64,000 nucleotides of DNA, taken from contig NW_021837040.1 of assembly GCF_006345805.1 (NCBI RefSeq), forward strand, positions 24,096-88,095, written 5' to 3'. Source of the stretch: Octopus sinensis. Taxonomy: Eukaryota. A program made the translations under genes and the position numbers. The notes below the pieces were generated by a model. The model was not told the DNA's origin. It did no database searches and saw nothing but the letters and a program-made list of their open reading frames with translations. Shown piece after piece: positions 13,401 through 64,000 of this stretch (the stretch's first letter is position 1; every line of letters starts with the position of its first letter).

Positions 13401-14300
13401 GGGTGTGTGTATGTGTATAAATGTATGTATGTATGGATGTATGGAGGTATGTATGTATGTATACGTATGTATGTGTATGTGTGTATATGTATGTATGTGT
13501 ATGTGTGTATATATATGTATATGTGTGTATGTGTGTATATATATGTATATATATGTATATGTATATATGTGTATATATATGTGAATATATATATATATAT
13601 ATATACATGTATGTATTTGTATGTAGGTGTATATGTATGTGTGTGTATTTATATTTATGGTGTATATATATGTATAGACTAGCCTTCTAAGAGTGTAGAC
13701 ATGAATCTGTAGGTACGCGTACGTATGTGTATATACGTGAATGTATGTAGATGTATGTATGTATGAATATAACGCGTGCGTGCGTGTATGTGTATGAGTG
13801 TACGAATGAGTGAGTGTACGTGCTAAAGAGTGTGCGTGAGTGAATGAGTGCTTGTTTTCCAGTAGACAGATAAATGGACTGGCTGTCATAGCCAAGATGT
13901 TTGTGACCAAGTGGCCAAAGATAACAAAAGTAATAAACGAAGATAATAAAATTAAAATTAGGGAATGGGTCTGTATTTGTATGTGTATATATATGTGTGT
14001 ATGTGTAGGTATGCATAGGTACACATATGTATATATATATATATATATGTATGTATATGTATGTATGTGTGTGTATATATGTGTGTATGTGTATATATGT
14101 GTATATAGGGACTAATGTGCTGCGTGTGCATGTGTGTGTGTGGATATGTGTGTGTATGCGTGTATGTGAGTATGTGTGTGTATGTGTATATAAATTTTTC
14201 TGTGTGTATATGTATACATATATGTGTATGTGTAGATATGTATATGTATATATGTTTGTATGTGTTGTTATATATGTATACATATGTGCATAGGTATAAG
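13400..14300. repeat. Compound (TG)/(TA)/(TATG) microsatellite block
   Basis: Low-complexity dinucleotide tract; source of spurious Y/I/C/V ORFs. Confidence 0.95.
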
Positions 14301-14538
14301 TGAGAATCTCCTTATTTACCTAAAACTCTATTCCCCCTTTTTTTATATATATATTTTTTATTTTTTTATTTTTTTATTTTTTTATTTTTTTATTTATTCT
14401 TCTATCTAATTTAACACTGACTCCTTGACCCACCCCCCAAGTATGATATTTTGCGCTATGCCTACCCCCAAAAAGTCCCCCACCAACACCCCTTTAACCT
14501 GCCTAAATGTATAAATGCCAATACAATTCTTGTTAACT

Positions 14539-14588
14539 AGCTTCCTGAAGATTCTCTTGAATGAAACAGTTCTAGTCCTGTAGAAGCT
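14539..14588 (+). ncRNA. Hammerhead-like motif in a PLE-terminus fragment (imperfect stem II)
   Basis: agcttc CTGAAGA ttc tctt gaa t GAAA cag...ctg TA gaagct; flank 14590-14680 recurs at 56880-56965. Confidence 0.55.
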
Positions 14589-14674
14589 CCTTCTATATAA
14601 TAAATTAATTTTACTCTGCTATGTATTGAGTACCTTATTTACTGTGGTTAACCCCGAATCAACCCGGGACCTAC

Positions 14675-14705
<31 letters not shown>

Positions 14706-14829
14706 GTTGAAACACTCCCGTTACAACCTGGGGCCTTGAAGGCTGCTTTAATGCAAGAAAGTATATTAGTCCCTTAATATTTGATATTCAATATTTCATC
14801 TATTCAATAAGACAATCAATACTTCATTT

Positions 14830-15048
14830 CATTAGTTAGTTAGTTAGTTAATTTTGGGGCTCAAAAAGCAAAAAGCAAGGCCATGAAGGGGGACATGGAG
14901 TTATGTACAGGGTGGTGTTCATGTAAAGAGTTCAGGCCACTTGTGGTCAAGGGAGACTTTGAACCGAGCGGTCGTCGGCATCTTCACCATCTCGTCCGGC
15001 AGCTTATTCCACGGATCCGCAACCCGGACGGAGAAAGCTCCTCTCCTT
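14830..15048 (-). mobile_element. CR1/L2-like LINE 3' end with a (CTAA)n tail
   Basis: FSVRVADPWNKLPDEMV...FKVSLD. Confidence 0.65.
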
Positions 15049-15133
15049 CATTATACTATATATTCTATATTCTACATTAATATTATAATGAATATAAATA
15101 AAACATAAAAAACAGACAGTTGGAATTTCTTTG

Positions 15134-15203
<70 letters not shown>

Positions 15204-15289
15204 ATATATAATAAAATATTAGGGAATAAATCCAAATTTACAGGGAAAAATCAGATTTAGGATTGAATCCAATTTTATAGTAAAATAAT

Positions 15290-17010
15290 ATATAATATTA
15301 ATTAGAGACAAAACCACTATTTTGTAAATCAAACAAGGAAAGACTTAATCAATACATAAAAAAATTTTAATATAAAGTAAATAAATCGCCACTACAATTG
15401 TTTCCTGTCTTCAAATGACATTCATCAGGTGGATTTCATATCTAAAAATATCAATATTTTAAAAGTTAATTTAAAATGGCTAAAACTATAAATAATATAA
15501 ATTTATCAATGAAAAAATATAAAAATATATAATCTATATATAATCTATACATAATCTATATATAATCAATATATAATCAAGAACTAAAATAAACTCTATA
15601 AACAATTGAATATAAAGAAACCTATTATTAAAGTTCTCATATTTAAAGATGAAGAATCTAATTTCAAAAAACAAAAAACAAAAAACAAACAACAAAACAC
15701 AAAAAACAAAAAAACAAAAAACAAAAAAACAAAAGCAAAACACAAAAATAAAAACAAACTATATATACACACATGCTCATACACATATATCTAAGTATAT
15801 ATAAACATATCTAAATACATACACTAACTCACACTCCCATATATATCTCTCTATACATACACATAAACAACTAATAAATTAATAAAATAGCCAAATACCT
15901 CAACACATTACTTATTCATACTCCCTCACACACACATACAAATTTGTTTTAGAGTGGGGTTGGGGTTTTTTAATAGTATATTGCTATGTATCTGCTGAAT
16001 TTGTCACTCATCTGTGTTGAATTAGCGGTAGGAGTGCAGTTGTATGTGAGGGATTGTGTGTGAATGTGTGTGGGTGTCCATTGTTTATGTGTAGAAATGT
16101 TGTTTTTCTTTTGAGTGTTTATGTATGTGTGAAGGTGTGTGTGTGTGTGTGTTGTTTACGTATTTGTGTATGTTTTGTTGAATGCATGTGGTATTTGGAT
16201 ATGTGTGTGTGTGTGTTGGGTTTAAGTATTAATGTATTGTGGTGGTATATATGTGGTATTTGGTATTTGATAGTTTCTTGCTAAGAATGAAATGTTTATA
16301 TTGTTGTGGTTGAGTATACGTGGATGCTGGTTGTGTGGTTGTCATGCAGAGTGATTGTGTTTATGAATGAGGGTTGTATGTGTGTGTGAGGGAGTATGAA
16401 TAAGTAATGTGTTGAGGTATTTGGCTATTTTATTAATTTATTAGTTGTTTATGTGTATGTATAGAGAGATATATATGGGAGTGTGAGTTAGTGTATGTAT
16501 TTAGATATGTTTATATATACTTAGATATATGTGTATGAGCATGTGTGTATATATAGTTTGTTTTTATTTTTGTTTTTTGCTTTTTGTTTTTTGTTTTTTT
16601 GTTTTTTGTGTTTTGTTGTTTGTTTTTTGTTTTTTGAAATTAGATTCTTCATCTTTAAATATGAGAACTTTAATAATAGGTTTCTTTATATTCAATTGTT
16701 TATAGAGGTTATTTTAGTTCTTGATTATATATTGATTATATATAGATTATGTATAGATTATATATAGATTATATATTTTTATATTTTTTCATTGATAAAT
16801 TTATATTATTTATAGTTTGAGCCATTTTAAATTAACTTTTAAAATATGATATTTTTAGATATGAATCCACCTGATGAATGTCATTTGAAGACAGGAAACA
16901 ATTGTAGTGGCGATTTATTTACTTTATATTAAATTTTTTTTATGTATTGATTAAGTCTTTCCTTGTTTGATTTACAAAATAGTGGTTTTGTCTCTAATTA
17001 ATATTATATA
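15290..17010. repeat. Long inverted repeat (arms about 15290-15941 and 16374-17010) of a PLE-terminus family, with one hammerhead per arm
   Basis: Arms are near-identical reverse complements; the same family recurs at 20320-20590, 55840-55980 and 58040-58120. Confidence 0.88.
16867..16910 (+). ncRNA. Minimal type I hammerhead (mirror copy at 15389-15432, minus strand)
   Basis: ccac CTGATGA a tgtc atttgaa gaca g GAAA C aatt G TA gtgg; mismatch at the base of stem II. Confidence 0.62.
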
Positions 17011-17029
17011 TATATATATATTATTATAC

Positions 17030-17068
<39 letters not shown>

Positions 17069-17084
17069 GTATATATTATATATG

Positions 17085-17172
<88 letters not shown>

Positions 17173-17454
17173 ATTAATTAATAAGGTGAGAGAATTAGAT
17201 ACTAATTTAATAGTATATTTATTTATTCCACACAAGTGGCCTAGTGCTACGAGAAACCTGGATTATTATATATTTTATAACATATTATAATATTTTCAAC
17301 AATAAATATAAGAGAGTGGTCACTATATTGATCACTCTAGCACCAGTTAATCCAAAAGGTTTCAACCACGAAAACATGTTTCCCATGAAAGCCAAGTACG
17401 ACTGTTAGCTCACACGGACAGGGCAAATAAAAAACAACAAAAATACAGATTATT

Positions 17455-17530
17455 TTGGGACAATTGTTTCGCTATTAATGAATTAAATGTAATATTACTT
17501 ACAATAATCCATTTGTAGCTCGTCAGCCAA
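17455..17530 (-). ncRNA. Type I hammerhead ribozyme (array unit 1)
   Basis: ttgg CTGACGA gcta-[long hairpin]-tagc GAAA C aatt G TC ccaa: full core, G10.1-C11.1 pair, GUC site. Confidence 0.8.
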
Positions 17531-17979
17531 GACTATCTGGATGAAATCCACTCAATCACACACCAGATTTTACCATAACGATAAATACGCGTGTGGTTCA
17601 ATTGATTACACCGACGTTATAATTCAAATGCCCCAACCAACAGCGCGCCAAACTCTCACGGAAACAATACAGCATTTAGAATAAATGCAGCATAATTATA
17701 ATTATTAATAAGGTGAGAGAATTAGATACTATTTAATAGTATATTTATTCACACCAAGTGGCCTAGTGCTACGAGAAAACTGGATTATTATAATATTTTA
17801 TAACATATTATAATATTTTCACAAAATAAATATAAGAGAGTGGTCACTATATTGATCACTCTAGCACCAGTTAATCCAAAAGTTTCAACCACGAAAATAC
17901 ATGTTTCCCATGAAAGCCAAGTACGACTGTTAGCTCACACGGACAGGGCAAATAAAAAACAACAAAAATACAGATTATT

Positions 17980-18054
17980 TTGGGACAATTGTTTCGCTAT
18001 TAATGAATTAAATGTAATATTACTTACAATAATCCATTGTAGCTCGTCAGCCAA
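17980..18054 (-). ncRNA. Type I hammerhead ribozyme (array unit 2)
   Basis: Same motif as unit 1. Confidence 0.8.
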
Positions 18055-18508
18055 GACTATCTGGATGAAATCCACTCAATCACACGCCAGATTTTACCAT
18101 AACGATAAATACGCGTGTGGTTCAATTGATTACATCCGACGTTATAATTCAAATGCCCCACCCAACAGCGCGCCAAACTCTCACGAAACAAATACAGCAT
18201 TTAGAAATAAATGCAGCATAATTATAATTAATTAATAAGGGTGAGAGAATTAGATACTAATTTAATAGTATATTTATTCCACACCAAGTGGCCTAGTGCT
18301 ACGAGAAACCTGGATTTTATAATATTTTATAACATATTATAATATTTTCACAAAATAAATATAGAGAGTGGTCACTATATTGATCACTCTAGCACCAGTT
18401 AATCCAAAAGGTTTCAACCACGAAAATACATGTTTCCCATGAAAGCCAAGTACGACTGTTAGCTCACACGGACAGGGCAAATAAAAAACAACAAAAATAC
18501 AGATTATT

Positions 18509-18583
18509 TTGGGACAATTGTTTCGCTATTATGAATTAAATGTAATATTACTTACAATAATCCATTTGTAGCTCGTCAGCCAA
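18509..18583 (-). ncRNA. Type I hammerhead ribozyme (array unit 3)
   Basis: Same motif as unit 1. Confidence 0.8.
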
Positions 18584-19511
18584 GACTATCTGGATGAAAT
18601 CCACTCAATCACACGCCAGATTTTACCATAACGATAAATACGCGTGTGGTTCAATGATTACATCCGACGTTATAATTCAAATGCCCCAACCAACAGCGCG
18701 CCAAACTCTCACGGACCAATACGCATTTAGAAATACAGCATATTATAATTAATTAATAGGGTGAGAGAATTAGATACTAATTTAATAGTATATTTATTCC
18801 AATCCACACAGCCTGAGATTATAATAACATAGTACTATAAAAATCATAATGCAAGACAATATTATTAATAATAATATAATAGAGCAGATTACACAAGTAA
18901 AGTAGTGACAATAATATGTGGATGAAACGTGATTATAATATATATATCATTATAAATTGTTCACAAAAAATAAATATAAGAGAGTGGTCACTTATTGATC
19001 ACTCTAGCACCAGTTAATCCAAAAGGTTTCAACCACGAAAATACATGTTTCCCATAAAGCCAAGTACGACTGTTAGCTCACACGGACAGGGCAAATAAAA
19101 AACAACAAAAATACAGATTATTTAGGGACAATTGTTTCGCTATGTGGTTGAAACCTTTTGGATTAACTGGTGCTAGAGTGATCAATATAGTGACCACTCT
19201 CTTATATTTATTTTGTGAAAATATTATAATATGTTATAAAATATTATAATAATCCAGGTTTCTCGTAGCACTAGGCCACTTGGTGTGGAATAAATATACT
19301 ATTAAATTAGTATCTAATTCTCTCACCCTTATTAATTAATTATAATATGCTGCATTTATTTCTAAATGCTGTATTTGTTTCCGTGAGAGTTTGGCGCGCT
19401 GTTGGTTGGGCATTTGAATTATAACGTCGGATGTAATCAATTGAACCACACGCGTATTTATCGTTATGGTAAAATCTGGCGTGTGATTGAGTGGATTTCA
19501 TCCAGATAGTC

Positions 19512-19587
19512 TTGGCTGACGAGCTACAAATGGATTATTGTAAGTAATATTACATTTAATTCATTAATAGCGAAACAATTGTCCCAA
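19512..19587 (+). ncRNA. Type I hammerhead ribozyme (inverted array unit)
   Basis: ttgg(19512) CTGACGA(19516-22) gcta...tagc GAAA(19572-75) CAATTG TC ccaa. Confidence 0.8.
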
Positions 19588-19739
19588 TAATCTGTATTTT
19601 GTTGTTTTTTATTTGCCCTGTCCGTGTGAGCTAACAGTCGTACTTGGCTTTCATGGAAACATGTATTTTCGTGGTTGAAACCTTTTGGATTAACTGGTGC
19701 TAGAGTGATCAATATAGTGACCACTCTCTTATATTTATT

Positions 19740-19780
<41 letters not shown>

Positions 19781-19814
19781 GTTATATTATATATGTATAT
19801 ATATATATATATAT

Positions 19815-19851
<37 letters not shown>

Positions 19852-20037
19852 GTATATATAATATGTATATATGTATATATATTGTATATATATATATGTA
19901 TATATATATATGTATATATATCTATGTATATATATATATATGTTATATATATATGTATATATATGTATATATATGTATATATATATGTATATATATATAT
20001 GTATATATGTATATATATATATGTATATATCTATATG

Positions 20038-20068
<31 letters not shown>

Positions 20069-20088
20069 GTTATTATATATATATATAA

Positions 20089-20157
<69 letters not shown>

Positions 20158-20219
20158 GTATATATATATATATATATATAATATATATAATAGATTATAT
20201 TATATATATATATTATATG

Positions 20220-20303
<84 letters not shown>

Positions 20304-20310
20304 TATAAAA
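19740..20310. repeat. Long degenerate (TA)n tract
   Basis: About 570 bp of TA/TG dinucleotides. Confidence 0.95.
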
Positions 20311-20599
20311 TAATAATAAATATTAGGGAATAAATCCAAATTTACAAGGAAAAATCAGAATTAAGATTGAATCCAATTTTAGTAAAATATTATATTATAT
20401 TAAATTAGAGACAAAACCACTATTATGCAAATCAAACAAAGAAAGACTTAAGCCAATACATAAAATAATCTATATAAATTAAGATTTAACATATGTTAAA
20501 TTTTAATTTATATAAATTATTTTATGTATTGGCTTAAGTCTTTCTTTGTTTGATTTGCATAATAGTGGTTTTGTCTCTAATTTAATATAATATATATAT

Positions 20600-22020
20600 A
20601 TATAGAAAATCGTAAAAAGTGAAAAAACTACAGAAGGCTTGTTTTAAAAGGTTAAAAAATATATATTGAGTCAATATGCCTGAAGAATGTTATAAATTTT
20701 TTTCATACAATGACATAGTTTAGAAGAAATGACCGGTTTCGCGTTCAGCTTTTCAAATTTCTTAAATCGTTATGTTTACGTTGAGCGAAGATCTAGATAA
20801 GGGGAGGTAATAAGTGATTTCTTCCGGTGTAAGGGAGATAATTGCTTAAAATTATTTGCCTTTCTTTTGGACTGAGTTTCTCTGTATAAGTATGTTGGAA
20901 TGGTTAAGTTTGGGCTTGTATTTTTCAATGAAGAATGTTTCCTTGTTTAGTCTAATTTGTGTTGGTGTTCCGATAGCACATTGGTAAAATGGAAAGATTA
21001 AAAATTGTGGTAGTAGTTGCTTTACGCATTTCTCAATGTGCTCATTAAAGGGTATCATTCTGTATTCTGGGAATGCAATCTGTTGTCGATGCAGTGTGCA
21101 TCTACGTCTGAGTGATAGTCCCGTGGATCCCACGTAGTCTTGGTGGCAGCCCGAGCATTTTATGGCATAAATTATGTTTTCAGAGGCACAAGTAAAATTA
21201 GATTTGATCTTGAATTTCTGTCCCTCTTTGAAAAGGAATTCTGATCCTTCTAGCAGGTTTGGACATGTTGCACAGTTCGGTCTACCACATTTTTTTACTG
21301 TTGTATCCGTAATTTCAGAAAACAATTTTGCCTTTGTGAGAATCTTTTTAAGTGATTTAGGCTGTTTGTAGCTTTTAATGATTTGGTGTGTGTTTAGAAT
21401 TTCCTTTAATTTGGGGTCCTTATGAAGTATTGGTAAATTCTGGGTGATGATGGTGAAGGCTTCTTTGTTTCTGGGCTTGTATGTGGATATGTAAGGTAGT
21501 ATTTTCGGGGAAGGTGTGTTGTTGTGTTGAACTTTTCTTTAAGTTTCTATGTTGATTTCTGTTGCACGTCTGATCCCATCCTCTATGAGTTGAGCTGGGT
21601 AATGTCTGTCAATTAGGGTGTTTTTGAGTTCTTGCAGTCTGAAGTTCCTGGTATTTTGTTCTGACACTATTGTGCATATCCTTCTTGCAAGGTTGAATGG
21701 GATGTTTGTTTTAGTGTGTCTTGGGTGGCATGAATCAAAAAGAAAGTATTGTTTGGCGTCTGTAGCTTTGTAAAAAATGTCTGTTTCTATTTTAAGGTTA
21801 ATTTTTTTAATTAGTATATCCAAGAATGGGAGCTCCTTTTTGTTGTATTCCATTGTGAACTGTATATTTGGGTTTATGCTGTTCAATAGGTTTTTAAATT
21901 TTAGGAGTTTATCTGTGTTTTCATTCCAGAGTATAAAACAATCGTCCAGGAATCGTTTCCAATTCTCTTTTATGTATTGAGAGAGGGGGTTTCCAAAGAT
22001 TGATAAAGATTCCTGGTAAA
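20600..22020 (-). mobile_element. Penelope-like element 3' half (RT thumb + Cys-rich linker + GIY-YIG; Neptune/Poseidon-like)
   Basis: ORF 21539-21886 (IQFTME...LPFLD...YKAT...SCHP) and ORF 20852-21325 (CGRPNCATC...NIIYAIKC..C...YVG). Confidence 0.9.
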
Positions 22021-22024
22021 TGAT

Positions 22025-22064
<40 letters not shown>

Positions 22065-22146
22065 TGGTCTTAATGGTGGACACACGCGTACCTCTCCTGC
22101 TCTTATTGCTACTAATACTACAGTAAATTTATTTCGAAACGCTCAC

Positions 22147-61727
<39,581 letters not shown>

Positions 61728-62590
61728 CTGTCAAATAAAATTGGGTTAAGTAGAATTTGTAAGGAACAGATTCCTGATGACGAAAAGGAATTTAGTAAAA
61801 AGAAGAAAACGTAAAAAATTTGGATGAAGATGGTGAAGGAAGAGGAGGAGATAAATACAAAGAAGATAGAAAGATGGTAGAAGAGGTCCGGGTGGAATTG
61901 GAGAACAAAGAAAAGAAGACAGAGGAAAGAAACAGAGAGAAGGAAGAACAACAACTACAAGCAAAATACTAAAAGGTCGGCAGAAATCGAGAATGCGAAA
62001 TGTAAAATCCGGTGAGGCAGGATGAAATCTGGAAGAAGTAAAAATAAGGACGAGTATAAAATAATGGAAAAGATGACAAGAATGAGGCAGAAATAAAATA
62101 ATCGAATGAATTTAAAGAAGTGAAGGAATTGAAGAAGAAAAGGAGGAGAATAAATGAAGGAAAATAAATAGGAGCAGAAGAAAGGGTAGAAGAAAATGGA
62201 AAAGAAGAAAAAGAAAAGAAAGAGGAGGAAAAAGAGACAAAGAAGGAGGACAAGAACGTGTTGTAGAAAATGAAGAAGACGAAGCAGAAGGAGAAAAGGG
62301 AAAGGAAGACGAAGAAGCAGAAAAGCAAGGAGGAGGTGGGGGGAGATGAAAATAATGAAAGGGAAGATGAAGTTGAAGAAGAAGGATAAGAATAAAACGA
62401 AGAAGAAGAAGAAGAAGTTAATGATACATTTTTTGTAGTTAGTCGAGAAGAATTTTAGGAAGAGAAAGAATAATTAGAAAACAAGCAGAAAGAAGAAAAG
62501 GAGGAAAATAGAGAAAGAAGGATATAGAGATTATTTACAACGATGATAACGGGGAGAGAGGAAGAAATCTGAAAAGGGGGAAGTGCATAA

Positions 62591-62629
<39 letters not shown>

Positions 62630-62657
62630 CAGTAGTAGTAAGGGAAAGTGTTTCAGT

Positions 62658-64000
62658 TGTGATGAGAGTTACGACGCACCCTTGCGAGAGATAGACTGAT
62701 GCAAGTAAAGTATGAATAGTAACGATCCGAGTGAGTTCAGTGTCCGGAGTTTGGAGTCGCGTGAAGTTCGTGTTAGCTCGCTGCGAAGTCGTTGGATGTC
62801 GGTTGGTTAATTCACAAGGAATATTGATCGTTACTTCGTAAAGAGATTTGTTAGTTCGATACGTTGTCGTTACTGTAGTTTGGTGATCTTATTTATTGCA
62901 TGTAACAATTAAGTTATAATGTCTGGCGACGAGCCTTTCGAGGGTCATGTAAGTTATTTAACAGATTTTTTGTGATACAACTTGTTAAATAAGGGAGGAG
63001 CTGTTAGCTTCCATAGTACAGTTGCAAATGCAAGAATAGGAGAAATAACAAGAGTTGCAGAAGCAACTATTAGAGCTACGACTACAGCAACAACAACAAT
63101 TATTGGAGCTATATTCAAAGAAGTCCAAAAACTACATAAGTTTGTTTTTGCCAGATGGCATTTCGAACTCAGTTAAGGCGTTCAGTTATATATTTATTTA
63201 TTGCCCACAAGGGGATAAACATAGAGGGGACTAACAAGGACAGACAAACGGATTAAGTCGATTACATCGACGCCAGTGCGAAACCGGTACTTTATCTATC
63301 GACCCCGAAAGGATGAAAGGCAAAGACGACCTCGGCGGAATTTGAACTCAGTACGTAACGACAGACGAAATACCTATTTCTTTATTACCCACAAGGGCCT
63401 AAACATAGAGGGGACAAACAAGGGCAGACATAGGTATTAAGTCGATTACATCGACCCCAGTGCGTAACTGGTACTTAATTTATCGACCCCGAATGTATGA
63501 AAGGTTAGGTCTTGGTTGGCTTGAACTAACAACGTAACGGCAGACGAAATACCGCTAAACATTTTGCCCGGTGCGCTAACGTGTCTGCCAGCTCGCCGCC
63601 AAAGGAATTCAGTTATAACCCAGAGGAGATAACAATTGCAACGTATTACAGAAGGCACGAGGAGAGTTTTAAGCAAGATTGCAAATCATGTTCAGACGAA
63701 CAAAAAGTGAGATTGTTATTTCGGAATTATCTCTGTTAGAGCATGAAAGTTCCTGGAATTTCATGTTGCCCGATTCCAACGAAATTTGTTTTAAATAAAA
63801 AAATAGATTTACTGTCTAACATATTTAGAGATAAAACTTCTCTATTTAACACTCAAATGGAGTGTTGGAATATAACGAAAAAAGAGAATGATAATTTTTA
63901 TGACATACGCAAGAACAGTCAACATGAGGTTTGAAAGATTTAAACTCAAAGAACTTACACCTGAGATGTTCAAATGGCTTACTTTCGTACAAGGCCTTAC
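62658..64000 (+). mobile_element. Decayed Ty3/Gypsy LTR retrotransposon 5' part (LTR about 62658-62907, PBS, gag), interrupted by a SINE
   Basis: TGT...TGTAACA; PBS TGGCGACGAG at 62924-62933; gag-like KEFSYNPE...KVRLL...FERFKLKELTPEMFKWLTFVQGL; ttcagttata duplication flanks the SINE at about 63190-63600. Confidence 0.75.

Larger units (their letters stand above)
17178..19740. repeat. Tandem array of ~525-bp hammerhead-containing units: 3 complete units, a rearranged spacer, a partial unit, then an inverted unit
   Basis: Unit starts (ataaggtgagagaattagatac) near 17180, 17708, 18235 and 18756; orientation switches at about 19142; no credible ORF. Confidence 0.92.

Noticed and set aside
13294-14303. 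Many Y/I/H/T/C/V-rich ORFs (also near 17000, 19700-20340, 33800, 36100, 57000)
   Set aside because: Translations of dinucleotide microsatellites.
17178-18790. CRISPR-like or protein-coding interpretation of the tandem array (ORF 17840-18235)
   Set aside because: Eukaryotic context; the units are whole ~525-bp duplicates without unique spacers, and the ORF is not preserved between units.

Overview
AT-rich, microsatellite-dense animal DNA. The tRNA-derived SINEs, Penelope-like elements (PLEs), Helitrons and CR1/RTE LINEs suggest an octopus or other cephalopod genome (inference, not searched). The window is mostly introns of one minus-strand adhesion-type GPCR locus whose small exons the ORF track largely misses. 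I reconstructed 14 consecutive GT-AG exons (61727 down to 22147, 1463 nt) that splice in one uninterrupted frame. They encode six 24-aa LRRs (one 72-nt exon each), an LRRCT cap, a 12-cysteine Ly6/uPAR (three-finger) domain ending CCIGNLCN, a SEA-like module and a hormone-receptor (HormR) motif. A separate exon at 9449-9842 encodes TM5-TM7 of a secretin/adhesion-class 7TM. The expected GAIN/GPS and TM1-4 exons were not found between them. The introns hold a ~525-bp tandem array in which each complete unit carries a canonical type I hammerhead ribozyme core (retrozyme-like), further hammerheads in PLE termini, and many fold-back structures. They also hold several Helitrons (one keeping an STPR-repeat N-terminus), decayed Tc1/mariner, CR1, RTE and Gypsy elements, and a 108-bp purine-rich minisatellite. 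Homopolymer indels between near-identical repeat copies suggest residual long-read errors. All calls come from manual reading; no database search was run.
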